A stretch of 64,000 bases of DNA from a bacterium (GTDB lineage Bacteria; RBG-13-61-14; DATKZS01), in NCBI GenBank assembly GCA_963674965.2, contig CAXXFL010000001.1, positions 1,248,001 to 1,312,000 of the forward strand. The letters run 5' to 3'. A program made the position numbers and the translations under genes. The notes under the pieces are model-generated. The model ran no database searches. It saw only the letters and a list, made by a program, of their open reading frames with translations, and was not told where the DNA came from. Positions 10,370-20,202 of the stretch are shown here, one piece after another (the stretch's first letter is position 1; the number at the start of each line of letters is the position of its first letter).

Positions 10370-12295
10370 ATGAACTATGTCAAGCAGCCGGTACTTTTGT
10401 TGATAGTATTAATATCGTTTATCCCTTCTTTTTCCTTCGGCGAACAATGGAGCGATCCTCAATTTCTATCCGGTTTGAACACCGAAGCCCGCGACCTCGA
10501 GACCTTCGTTACCGCCGATGGCAAAACATTATACTTCTCCTCGGACAGGCATGATCATATCGATTTAAAAGAAAATTTAGATATTTATGTATCTCACTTG
10601 ATAGACGGCCAATGGTCCGAAGCCGAAAGAATTCCCGAGCCGATCAGCGTTGAAGGCTACTGGGACGGCCATCCTTCCCTTACCCTGGACGGACGCTATA
10701 TGTATTTTCATTCCTCCCGTCCCGGGACTTACGGATCGAGAGATATTTGGGTCGCCGAAAACATTAACGGAGTATGGCAAGAGCCCGTTAACCTCGGCCC
10801 GAATATAAACTCTGATGCCATCGATTATAACCCGTCTATTTCCGTGGACGGCCAGAGCCTCATGTTTGCATCCGATCGCTCGGGCGGCCATGGCAATAAA
10901 GACCTCTATATTGCGCGAAAGATCGATGGGGTCTGGCAACCGGCCGAGAATATGGGCCCGAATATAAACAGTAACTTCGACGATTCTCATCCCAGTTTTT
11001 CTTATACCGGAAAATACGTTTTTTTCGCGTCCATGCGATATAACCGTCCTTATGACGTTTATCGCTCGGAAAAAATTAACGGCGCCTATCAAGCGCCGGT
11101 TAACGTCGGCCCTCCCATTAACACGGAAAAAGACAACATCCCGGCCTTTTTCCTCGATTGCTCCGATACCTTGTATATATCGAGCATCGTCGACTATGGA
11201 GACAAATTCAACTGGGATATCGGGGTTTCATCTTGGCTCGATCCGCCGCACGATAATCCCTGCGATAACCTGATTATTCCGGAAGGACAATGGAGAGTAC
11301 GCGTAACTCTTTTAAAGGCCAGCGCCGAGCTTAGAAACGACCTTTATATCGACCAGCCCATCTCCATGCTCCTAATCCGCAACAGCCTCAAAAACGTGGG
11401 GGCCGTGGTTTCCACGCCTTTCCTCGAGGCCGAAGAACTGGTTTTCTATATTCACGTTAAGGGTCAACCTTATGGATTGGGCGAATACGACCATTATTCC
11501 AATTCCGAGTTCGCCTCGGTCGAGAGGATCGATCCTCTTCGCTATATCGTCGGGTTCGAGGACCTGCCTGCCGACATGGCTGACTGGGACTATGACGACA
11601 CCGTTCTTTTAGTTGAACTCATCGGGACCGAGGTCAATATCTGGGAAGATCAAAATTTCCTGGGTGAAAATCAGATTATCGGCGAGACCCCGATCGACTT
11701 TGTTTCCAGGCTTGATTTAGACCTCTCTTATGGAGCCGCCATTCATGCCACGGCCGATATCGACGGCCATGGACTGGATGATACCACCTTCTCGGCCCTT
11801 ATCGAGGGCGATCCCGATTTATACGCGGACCTTCTTGTTGACGTGCCTTTCACGGAGCCCGAGAATTTTCTGAAGCTGGAGCTTCTGAACGGCCAGACTT
11901 CCGTGCCGGATAATGCCAGTATTAAACTGCAAGTCGATCTTGACTCCGATTACGTCTCCAAAAGAAAAAATAACTCAAAGCTTCGGTTATTCCGTTTTAA
12001 CGAGGATACTCATACCTGGCATAAGCTTTACGGCCAATCCTTCTCTTCTCGAAAGACCCTTGAGGCGAGCGTTTCATCGGTTGGTCTTTTCGTACTGGCC
12101 ACCTCCATCGACGACGATTCCGAAGACGACTCTTTACTCAATTCCAGCGATGGCGGCGACTCCGACGTCGTATGCGGCCAGCTTGGGGGCCATATTCCAT
12201 CTCGGCCGGTAATCCTTTCCTTTTTGTCAATATTGTTTCTCCCGCTCTTCGCGGCCTTTGCTCTGCGTCTCCGGAAAAAAACGCATCGCCTTTAA
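10370..12295 (+). CDS. Secreted WD40-like (PD40) beta-propeller protein with DUF4114-like domain and C-terminal membrane anchor
   Basis: Signal peptide; repeated PSxSxDGxxxYFxSxR / NxGPxIN units; GFEDL...DWDYDD; C-terminal Gly/Cys-TM-basic tail; GGAGG before ATG 10370. Confidence 0.8.
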   Translation: MNYVKQPVLLLIVLISFIPSFSFGEQWSDPQFLSGLNTEARDLETFVTADGKTLYFSSDRHDHIDLKENLDIYVSHLIDGQWSEAERIPEPISVEGYWDGHPSLTLDGRYMYFHSSRPGTYGSRDIWVAENINGVWQEPVNLGPNINSDAIDYNPSISVDGQSLMFASDRSGGHGNKDLYIARKIDGVWQPAENMGPNINSNFDDSHPSFSYTGKYVFFASMRYNRPYDVYRSEKINGAYQAPVNVGPPINTEKDNIPAFFLDCSDTLYISSIVDYGDKFNWDIGVSSWLDPPHDNPCDNLIIPEGQWRVRVTLLKASAELRNDLYIDQPISMLLIRNSLKNVGAVVSTPFLEAEELVFYIHVKGQPYGLGEYDHYSNSEFASVERIDPLRYIVGFEDLPADMADWDYDDTVLLVELIGTEVNIWEDQNFLGENQIIGETPIDFVSRLDLDLSYGAAIHATADIDGHGLDDTTFSALIEGDPDLYADLLVDVPFTEPENFLKLELLNGQTSVPDNASIKLQVDLDSDYVSKRKNNSKLRLFRFNEDTHTWHKLYGQSFSSRKTLEASVSSVGLFVLATSIDDDSEDDSLLNSSDGGDSDVVCGQLGGHIPSRPVILSFLSILFLPLFAAFALRLRKKTHRL

Positions 12296-12301
12296 TGATT
12301 T

Positions 12302-12338
12302 TTTGGGTACGGCCCTATTTGCCGGGGTCGTACCCAAA
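12302..12338. terminator. Hairpin between convergent genes, probable bidirectional terminator
   Basis: TTTGGGTACGGCCC-9 nt-GGGTCGTACCCAAA (one G-U pair). Confidence 0.6.
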
Positions 12339-12352
12339 TGCTTTAATTTAAA

Positions 12353-13168
12353 TCATGTAGCTTCATTACGTTTCCCTGTGGCTTTAAAAAATGTATAGCA
12401 GAACACGCCGTCTTTTTCGGCGGTCCTATACAATTCTTCGATTCCCCTGTCGAAAATCTCCGCTTCGATCAGGTTTGAGGCCAGGGCAGACTCTCGGATG
12501 CCCTCTATCATGGCTGTGAAGGTTTTCCTGGTGAATCCTTCCACCAACTCGGGCTTATTTGAATCAGCGTAGACCATTCGTGGAGATACTCTTATATCCT
12601 TAAATCCGGCTTGGGTAAGAAGAGGGTAAAGCGCGCGGCCGATGTTGGCGTTGCCTCCCGACCGCCTCTGGAGCTCGACCTGGCACGCGATGGCCCGCCG
12701 GGCCGCCTCGCCGTCAGGATAAAAATAGGCCGATCCGTGATCTCCCTCGATTACCGTTATCGTCCCTCCTGGCTTCAGATATTTTTTCAATCCGACAAGC
12801 ACGTCAACCGGCTGGTGAAGGTGTTCCAATACGAAGCAAAGGAAAAGATGATCGAATTCCTGTGACTGGAAGGGAAGCTCAAAAATGTCCGCCTCCATTA
12901 CGCTTACATTTATAAGCCCAGCTTTTTCAACTTTTCTTTTGGTTTCCTTGACCGACTCCTCGGAAATATCTATGGAGACTATTGATGCACCAGGACTTTT
13001 TGAAGCCAAAGTAATGGTTTGCGCGCCCACGCCGCACCCGGCCTCCAGGACTTTTTCACCATCTTGATAAAACGTATCCGAGTGAAGCAGTTCTGCTAGA
13101 GTTTTCGCCTGGTCCTGAAGTCGGATATTCTCTCTTCGATCATAGCCATGTACGTATGGCCGTCTCAT
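12353..13168 (-). CDS. Class I SAM-dependent methyltransferase
   Basis: VLEAGCGVGAQT, SIDIS, LKPGG motifs. Confidence 0.9.
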   Translation of the reverse strand: MRRPYVHGYDRRENIRLQDQAKTLAELLHSDTFYQDGEKVLEAGCGVGAQTITLASKSPGASIVSIDISEESVKETKRKVEKAGLINVSVMEADIFELPFQSQEFDHLFLCFVLEHLHQPVDVLVGLKKYLKPGGTITVIEGDHGSAYFYPDGEAARRAIACQVELQRRSGGNANIGRALYPLLTQAGFKDIRVSPRMVYADSNKPELVEGFTRKTFTAMIEGIRESALASNLIEAEIFDRGIEELYRTAEKDGVFCYTFFKATGKRNEAT

Positions 13169-13245
13169 TAATTTCCTCCTATTATCAAATTAATTTTACC
13201 CTTGCGCTGTGATAATCAAACCATAAAAAACGTCGGCTTTCTTTT

Positions 13246-14103
13246 TTAAGACTTTTCCGAAGTAATCGCGGTCTCGATAACAACCCGGTCTTTTCCCGCT
13301 TGTTTGGCTTTATACATTAGCTTGTCAGCTTGCTTAATGAGTTCCTCCGTCGTTTCGGGCGGTAAATCGAATGATGCCAGGCCTATGCTGAAGGTTGCTG
13401 GATTACCGTTTAAAATAATGGATTCTTTCATCTTTTTTTGGACCCTCTTGATATATGCCTCGGCTTCCGCCGCCGCCGTTTCTGGTAGAAGCAAAACAAA
13501 TTCGTCGCCGCCCGTTCTCGAGGCATAGTCCGTAGACCTGATATTCTCCTTAATAACCGATCCCACGTCCTTTATAACCTTGTCGCCCAAAACGTGTCCG
13601 TAGGTGTCGTTGACGCTTTTAAAATCGTCAAAGTCAAGAAAAATAATGGACAAAGGATGCCCATATCTTCTGGATCTTTCGATCTCTTTTTGGGCGACCT
13701 CGGAGAAGCTCCCGTTATTCAAAAGACCGGAAAGGGAATCTATCCGGGCCATTTCCCGCTCCTTTTCCAATTCCTTGTGCCTGTTCGATACTAGCATGAC
13801 TGTAATAATAAAAAAGACCAGTCGCACTGAAGAATTCCAATAAGGTACCATCGGGTGCAAATATGATTCCGCCACCATGAAGTCGGCCAGGTACCAGGCA
13901 ACGGCGCATACTACCGCTAACAATATCCCGGCCCTTTTGCCCAGGTACCATGTCCCAATAAATATCGGCAAAATGTAAAAGATGGAAAAGCAAATCTCCC
14001 ATCTCTCCAGGTAATCCAGGAGCCCGATCCCGGCTATTAATAAAAAACAGCCCACATAGATTGTGAAGCGGCTGGTGACCTTTTCCTCGATGTTATTGCC
14101 CAT
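13246..14103 (-). CDS. Membrane-anchored diguanylate cyclase (GGDEF)
   Basis: About four N-terminal TM helices; DSLSGLLN, DFDDFKSVNDTYGH, RSTD I-site, GGDEF. Confidence 0.93.
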   Translation of the reverse strand: MGNNIEEKVTSRFTIYVGCFLLIAGIGLLDYLERWEICFSIFYILPIFIGTWYLGKRAGILLAVVCAVAWYLADFMVAESYLHPMVPYWNSSVRLVFFIITVMLVSNRHKELEKEREMARIDSLSGLLNNGSFSEVAQKEIERSRRYGHPLSIIFLDFDDFKSVNDTYGHVLGDKVIKDVGSVIKENIRSTDYASRTGGDEFVLLLPETAAAEAEAYIKRVQKKMKESIILNGNPATFSIGLASFDLPPETTEELIKQADKLMYKAKQAGKDRVVIETAITSEKS

Positions 14104-14228
14104 AACTTATCTTTTACCCTTTTATCAATAATGATTTGGACTTTTGCTTATCCTCTAAAGTTCCAGCTCCCTGAGGTCGCGAAAGATTTCGTTATTTTTG
14201 ATATGGCGCCTAACTTGCAAATATAATA

Positions 14229-15767
14229 TCATTTATCGGATACGTTTTCTCCCCTTTTCGCCGCCGGTTTGGCGCTCAGAAGAAAGGCCGGTAAAAGCCC
14301 AAGTATCGTAATGCCCGCCGCCAGAACGAACACGTCGTCAAAGGCCCTGACCGCCGCCGCCCTCTGGATGATTCCCAGTATCGCGGCTCTGCCCGTTTCC
14401 GTGCCCGCTCCGGTGATTGATGAAAGACTCGAGAGGTTAATTCCGGCCCCGATAATTTCCTTATGCATGGCCTGCCGGTTGGTAAGCACGGTGGATAAAA
14501 GGGCAATGCCCAGCGACCCGCCCGCTCGCTGGGCCACGTTTAATAAGCCCGAGGCGATGCCCGCGTGCCTTGGCTCCACCGCGTTCATGGCCGCCGTGGC
14601 CACGGGAGTCAGCATCAAGGCTATTCCCGCGCCCCTGAAGAATTGCGGATAGATGATGGCCCAAGATGACGAGTCGTAATCGAGGTCCCTGTACATCCAC
14701 AAGGAAACGCAGGTAAAGACAACGCCAAACACGGCGGGCCATCTGGCGCCGTATTTGTCGGTTATAGTCCCGGATATGGGCATGAACACGGCTATGGTCA
14801 CGGCGGCAGGGACCAGAATTATTCCCGTTTGTACGGCCGTCCTTCCTTGAAGGTTCTCCAGGAAAACGGGAAGAAGGAAAACCGCGCCAAACAGGGCCAC
14901 CGCTCTTACCAGCGCCAGCAAAAGACCCACTGAAAAGTCCTTGTGCCGGAACATCTGGAAGGGAACCACCGGGTGCGCCGCCGTAAGCTCGGCCGAGACA
15001 AAGCCGCTAAAAGCCAGGGCCGCTCCCGCTAAATAGTATCTAACCTCATTGGCGTCCCATCCGTTCTGCTGCGCCTCGTCAAGCCCCATTAATAGACAGA
15101 TAAGAAAAACCGAGAGCGAGATAAACCCATACCAGTCAAATGGCGTGGGCTGAGCCGTCTCCTCTTTTTTTCCGATTACTCCGGCTCCGAAAATCATGAG
15201 CAGGACACCCACGGGGATATTGACGGTAAACACCGACCTCCACCCGAAGTACTCCGTCAGGTATCCGCCCAGGGTCGGCCCTATTGTGGGAGCGACCATG
15301 GCGCCTATGCCCCAAATCCCTATGGCTCGTCCCCTTTCGCCGGGCCCGAAGACTTTAATAATCATGGCCATGCCGGCGGGCTGCATTATGCCCGCTCCCG
15401 CCGCCTGGATAATCCTGGCCAGGATCAGTGAGTCTACGTTCCAGGCCATCGAGCACATGGCGGACCCGACCGTGAAGACGGCCAGGCAGCCCAGGTACAT
15501 TCTTCCATATCCGACCCGATCGCCGATCCAGCCGGTCAAGGGCATGGATACGGCGGCGGCCAGCATAAAGGCGGTTAGAATCCATTCCGCGTCGTCCAGC
15601 GGAACGCCCAAAGCGGTCATTATATAAGGCAGGCCCACGTTGACGATGCTGGAATCGAGGATCGCCATGAAGGTCCCGGTCATGACCACGAACATAAGCG
15701 GCCACTTGGGCCACGGGGCCTCGAATCCAGGACCCGTGTCCATTCCGGATTTCCGGTCCGCCGACAT
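14229..15767 (-). CDS. DHA2-family (EmrB/QacA) MFS efflux permease
   Basis: FMAILDSSIVNV, GWIGDRVG, GPTLGGYL, WRSVFTVNIPVG; about 14 TM. Confidence 0.93.
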   Translation of the reverse strand: MSADRKSGMDTGPGFEAPWPKWPLMFVVMTGTFMAILDSSIVNVGLPYIMTALGVPLDDAEWILTAFMLAAAVSMPLTGWIGDRVGYGRMYLGCLAVFTVGSAMCSMAWNVDSLILARIIQAAGAGIMQPAGMAMIIKVFGPGERGRAIGIWGIGAMVAPTIGPTLGGYLTEYFGWRSVFTVNIPVGVLLMIFGAGVIGKKEETAQPTPFDWYGFISLSVFLICLLMGLDEAQQNGWDANEVRYYLAGAALAFSGFVSAELTAAHPVVPFQMFRHKDFSVGLLLALVRAVALFGAVFLLPVFLENLQGRTAVQTGIILVPAAVTIAVFMPISGTITDKYGARWPAVFGVVFTCVSLWMYRDLDYDSSSWAIIYPQFFRGAGIALMLTPVATAAMNAVEPRHAGIASGLLNVAQRAGGSLGIALLSTVLTNRQAMHKEIIGAGINLSSLSSITGAGTETGRAAILGIIQRAAAVRAFDDVFVLAAGITILGLLPAFLLSAKPAAKRGENVSDK

Positions 15768-15775
15768 GCGGGCCC

Positions 15776-16903
15776 CTACCCGGCCTTTTGATGGTCTGGG
15801 CTTATATGGACCCTTACTTCAACGTTCAGTCCAGGATAAAAAGGGGGATGGTCCTTGGCGTCGATGGCGATGTAAACGGGTATCCTTTGCGTGACCTTGA
15901 TAAAGTTGCCGCTCGTCGATCCGGCGGGAAGAAGGGAAAACTCAGAGATGGCCGCTCCCAAAACGCTCCTCACGTGTCCCTCGAACTTCTGCCCGGGGTA
16001 GGCGTCCACCGTAAATGTAACCTTGTCGTTGGCAGATATTCCCGCGAACTGGTCCTCCTTAAAGTTGGCCTCGATCCAGGAGGAGGAAAGCTCGGATACG
16101 CTGAATATGGTTTGGCCCGGCGCGACAACCTGGCCTGGCTCGACGTGGCGCCGGGAAATCTGGCCCGCCACCGGGGCCGTTACCGTCGCCTGGGCAAGAT
16201 TGTCTTCAGCCAGCGACAGCCTGGCCTCGGCGAGGGCCAGGTTGGACTCGGCCATGGCCACCTGGTTCTCGAGTATGGAAATCCCCATCTCGGCCGGGGC
16301 CTTTGCCGCGGAGACTTGTTCAGCCCCGCTGGATTTAAGAAGCCCAAGTTTTTCCTGGGCCGCCTCCAGCATGGCCTCGGAGGAATCGAGGCCTACGTGA
16401 GCCTTATCTATCTCTACCGTGGCTACCACGCCTTCCAGATTGTCCAGACGCCTTTTCATCTTGCGGCTAAGCTCCTCGCTGGAGGACGCCGCTCTAAGCT
16501 CCGCTTCAGCCATGGCCACGTTTTTATCGAGAGTCGTTTTGCCTTTGGTAAGGTTCAGTTTGGCCGACTCCAGCTCCGCCCTGGCCGCTTCCACTCCGGC
16601 GGACGCCTGGTCCCTCTGGGCTTTGTAAGGCATGTCTTCCAGGCGGGCGAGCATTTCACCCTTTTCGACCATGTCGCCTTCCTTGGCCATAAGCTCGATT
16701 ACTCTTCCGCCAACCCGGCTCGAACAGGGCGCAAGTATGGTTTTTATCACCGCGTCGTCGGTGTATACCGTGCCTCTCGAGACGAAAAGCCAGTACAATC
16801 CGTATCCGGCGCACCCTATCGCCAATAGTAAAATGGGCACAATGTAGCGTAGCTTTCCGCCTGGCGTCTTGTTATTTTGTTTATTATCCGTCATAGCACT
16901 CAT
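15776..16903 (-). CDS. EmrA/HlyD-family membrane fusion protein
   Basis: YTDDA, coiled coil, TAPVAG, FSLLP..SGNFIKVTQRIPV. Confidence 0.92.
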   Translation of the reverse strand: MSAMTDNKQNNKTPGGKLRYIVPILLLAIGCAGYGLYWLFVSRGTVYTDDAVIKTILAPCSSRVGGRVIELMAKEGDMVEKGEMLARLEDMPYKAQRDQASAGVEAARAELESAKLNLTKGKTTLDKNVAMAEAELRAASSSEELSRKMKRRLDNLEGVVATVEIDKAHVGLDSSEAMLEAAQEKLGLLKSSGAEQVSAAKAPAEMGISILENQVAMAESNLALAEARLSLAEDNLAQATVTAPVAGQISRRHVEPGQVVAPGQTIFSVSELSSSWIEANFKEDQFAGISANDKVTFTVDAYPGQKFEGHVRSVLGAAISEFSLLPAGSTSGNFIKVTQRIPVYIAIDAKDHPPFYPGLNVEVRVHISPDHQKAG

Positions 16904-16931
16904 TTAAATCACCATATGTTTTTACCGTCCG

Positions 16932-18008
16932 TTATGCTATACCGCCCGCGCCGTTTTCGTCAAACGGCATTTGGCCTGCCTTATTGGCGCCTTCAACCTC
17001 TATGATATGTCCGTCGGGCCGGATCATTTCCATGTTGACTATTACGCCCAGAAACTCCTTGATTAAAAGCGCCTGAGTTCTGGTATGCTCGGTTATCTCC
17101 GAGGTCAGCATCCGCCCCCCTTTGGCAAGGGCCATGGGCAGGAGAAGCTGATCGGCCAGGTTCGGATCGACTGGGGCTTTACTTCGGGCGAAATTTTTCG
17201 CGCTTCTGGCGGCTTCCTTGGCTACCCGCTCGGCTTGCTTCCCTTTTTCCCCGAAAGCCGTGAAAAGAGCGATCCTTTTTTGCGACTCGTACCGGATCAT
17301 CACCGCGTTGCCCGGACCCATCTCTCCCGGCAGGGCCTCGACCGTAATTTCCTCCGGCTCGATACGAAGGCTTTTGGCTGCTTCCATCTTTTCCCGGTCC
17401 GCCACGTGGTGAGGGAGGTTGGTTATAAGCACCGTCACCTTCGGCTCTCCCCAATCCACTTCGCCGGTAAGGTCCAATGGTCCTTCCATCTCTTGCCACG
17501 GCTTGATCCTGGCCTTGATGGCCCCGCCTCCCTTGGGGTAGAAGCCGTACCTGATCAGCTCTATCTCCGCCAACATGCCCATCCTGGCCGCGGCGGGCAG
17601 AAAACACTCGATAAGGAAGTCCGTCGGCGGCGCCATGGGATTATGGGTACCGCCATGAATCATGACCGTCGATTCCCCGTCCGCGGACGCCAGTATCGGC
17701 AAAACGGTCTGAAAGATAAGGGAGGTGCTTCCAGCCGTGCCCAGCTCGAAGGAATAGTGTCCGGCCCTGGGCCTTCCCGTCTCGAGTATAAGCTCCGTGG
17801 ACCCCTTCTTCGCTCCTATCAGCTCGCCGCCGCATATCTTTTTTGCCGCCCTCGCCGAGGCCAGGTGCTGGGCGGCCAGGCCCGGCCTTGGTCTTCTCGC
17901 CCTGATATTCTCGATATGGACTTTGGCGCCAAGTATCGCCGCCAGAGATATCGAACTTCTCAGTATCTGTCCACCGCCCTCGCCAAAGCTTCCGTCAATC
18001 TTGATCAT
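16932..18008 (-). CDS. rtcA: RNA 3'-terminal phosphate cyclase
   Basis: IDGSFGEGGGQILRS, RPRPGLAAQHL, GFYPKGGG, LADQL, catalytic His in ITEHTRT. Confidence 0.93.
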   Translation of the reverse strand: MIKIDGSFGEGGGQILRSSISLAAILGAKVHIENIRARRPRPGLAAQHLASARAAKKICGGELIGAKKGSTELILETGRPRAGHYSFELGTAGSTSLIFQTVLPILASADGESTVMIHGGTHNPMAPPTDFLIECFLPAAARMGMLAEIELIRYGFYPKGGGAIKARIKPWQEMEGPLDLTGEVDWGEPKVTVLITNLPHHVADREKMEAAKSLRIEPEEITVEALPGEMGPGNAVMIRYESQKRIALFTAFGEKGKQAERVAKEAARSAKNFARSKAPVDPNLADQLLLPMALAKGGRMLTSEITEHTRTQALLIKEFLGVIVNMEMIRPDGHIIEVEGANKAGQMPFDENGAGGIA

Positions 18009-18153
18009 CCGCCGCTCACTCCATTTTGAACTGTTGGCACTATATTCCCTATCCGGTTTTGGTTCAACGCCCGTTATTCGCGAAGATGCACTCCGCGATG
18101 TATAATAACTTGACGGCTAATCGTTTATCCAAGCCTGAAGCGGAGTTATCAAT

Positions 18154-19260
18154 ATGAAGCGGAAAATCAGTCGCAGGCAATTCGCGGCCGCCTCGGCCTC
18201 TTTGGCCTCCGGGCTTACCATCCTTCCCGGTAAAAAGTCATGGTCCGCCGCCAAAACCACCGACGCCCTTGATAAAAAAATCGGCCGCCTATTCACCCTT
18301 AACATGTTCTGGAAGTACCCGCCCGATTTTTTCCTTTCCCTCATGGAAAACTATCAGGTCGGCGGCGCCTATATTGACCGCAACGCCTTGTCCGATTTTG
18401 CGACGGCCGAGAAGGCGATAAAGAGGATTGTTTCGGCCGCTTCCGATCCCGTCATTATCATAACCGACTGCGAGGGGGGCAAGGTCAACCGCGCCAGAAA
18501 AGTTGTCCCCTTCGAGAGCGCCCGCGAGCTCGGCGCCAGGTTCATTTCAGGAGAGCTCGACGGCCCCGGCTTTTTCTCCGCTTTTTCGAAAAAGCTCGAG
18601 CCTCTTTCCGGGCTCGGTTTTAATTTCAATTTCGATCCCGTCCTTGACCTGGACGGTCCCTATATAGGAAGCCGCTCCTATGGCAAGGACCCGGAAAAGG
18701 TGGCGGATATGGCGGTCAAGATGGTGGCCGCGTATCGCGACCTGGGCATGCACGGCGTAATCAAGCACTTTCCCGGCATGGGCACGGTCCGGCAGGACCC
18801 GCACGCCGATTTCTTCCCCTCCATCGATCCTCCCCTCGAGGTCCTGATGGAACGGGAACTCGTTCCCTTCAAGGCGGCCATGGAAAAAGGCGCTTCTTCG
18901 GTGCTCGTCGGACATTGCAAGATGAGCTGTATTGACGATTCACTTCCCGCTTCCCTTTCTCCCTCGGTCATGAGCTTTATCAGGAAGGACCTGGCTTTTA
19001 AAGGATTAATCTGGCCGGACAGCCTGACCATGGGCGCCGTCTATAAATACCAGAAGTCCCGCGGCGTTCCGTCGGACCGCTTGATCCGTCAATCCTGCGT
19101 CGACGCCCTCAAGGCGGGAGTGGACCAGATATTCAACTTCAGGCTTAATCCGGCCGACTTTCCGCTGGTGGTGAGGGCCGTAAGGGAGGCCGTTATTTCC
19201 AAGGAAATACCCGAGTCGCGCATAGACGAGGCCCAGGCCCGAAGCCGCTCTTTATTTTAG
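18154..19260 (+). CDS. GH3 beta-N-acetylhexosaminidase (NagZ-like), Tat-exported
   Basis: SRRQF Tat signal; DCEGG, RSYG, KHFPG...DPH, PDSLTM. Confidence 0.85.
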   Translation: MKRKISRRQFAAASASLASGLTILPGKKSWSAAKTTDALDKKIGRLFTLNMFWKYPPDFFLSLMENYQVGGAYIDRNALSDFATAEKAIKRIVSAASDPVIIITDCEGGKVNRARKVVPFESARELGARFISGELDGPGFFSAFSKKLEPLSGLGFNFNFDPVLDLDGPYIGSRSYGKDPEKVADMAVKMVAAYRDLGMHGVIKHFPGMGTVRQDPHADFFPSIDPPLEVLMERELVPFKAAMEKGASSVLVGHCKMSCIDDSLPASLSPSVMSFIRKDLAFKGLIWPDSLTMGAVYKYQKSRGVPSDRLIRQSCVDALKAGVDQIFNFRLNPADFPLVVRAVREAVISKEIPESRIDEAQARSRSLF

Positions 19261-19267
19261 CGTCGTC

Positions 19268-20074
19268 CTACGGTTTGATATGGATTAAAATCTTGATTTT
19301 GGTCTCGCCGATCTGAATGACGTCTCCCGTCCTCACGATCACGGCGCTTACGTATCTTTCGTTAAGCCTGGTCCCGTTCGAGCTGGCCAGGTCTTTGAGC
19401 GTCATCTTGTCCTTGTTATGCACCTCGAGCTGGCAATGCTTTTTCGAAATGGTCTTGTCCGCTATTTGCAGGTCCGCCTCGCTCGAGCGCCCTATTACGG
19501 TCGAACGTTTTATCGCCTGGAATTTCTTTCCCTTGTCCGGCCCGTCGAAAACCTCGAGCACGAGATGAATGTTCTTTTGCACCTCGGGATTGTCCAGGGC
19601 CTTACGAATAACGGTTACGTCCTCGTCCTCCTCTTCACTCGATATCACCCTGCTGTCGGTTGACTCCGGGTCGTCCGGGTCAGGCATGAACGCCGCGTAC
19701 TTGTCCTCCACCAGGCTAACCAGTATCTTCGTGTCGCCCACTTGTATCTCGTCCAGATTGTTGACCCGGCCGCTCTCCACTTGCTCGCCATTGATCCTGG
19801 TGCCGTTGGTGCTGTTATTGTCGGTGATGAAGAGCTTGCCGCCCTCGAAGTCCAATATGGCGTGGCGTCCGCTGACGGTGGGATCGCTCAACACTATGTC
19901 CGCCGCCTTGCGCCCAATCACCGTCCTGGTTGCGGACAGCTCTCGCTTCTCCCCCTTGTCCGGGCCGTCGGTTATCTCGAGACTAACAAACACTCCGTCG
20001 GGAAGGGTCTGCGATTTGTCTTGCGACTCCAAGGAGCCGGATACCGTCTCGTCATTATCCGTATTATCCGTCAT
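19268..20074 (-). CDS. Tandem FHA-domain protein
   Basis: Two FHA repeats (IGR...S..HA/HC...S.NGT) joined by an acidic linker. Confidence 0.9.
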   Translation of the reverse strand: MTDNTDNDETVSGSLESQDKSQTLPDGVFVSLEITDGPDKGEKRELSATRTVIGRKAADIVLSDPTVSGRHAILDFEGGKLFITDNNSTNGTRINGEQVESGRVNNLDEIQVGDTKILVSLVEDKYAAFMPDPDDPESTDSRVISSEEEDEDVTVIRKALDNPEVQKNIHLVLEVFDGPDKGKKFQAIKRSTVIGRSSEADLQIADKTISKKHCQLEVHNKDKMTLKDLASSNGTRLNERYVSAVIVRTGDVIQIGETKIKILIHIKP

Positions 20075-20202
20075 TATTTTCTCCAGTTATTCAAAAGCCC
20101 TTTAGAGCGTGGATTACACAAGGCGCGGGTGTCCGTGGCTTAGCGAAAAGATTATACAACATAACCCGCGCCAAGGTCATCAAAAAATCCTCCGAGCGAG
20201 AT

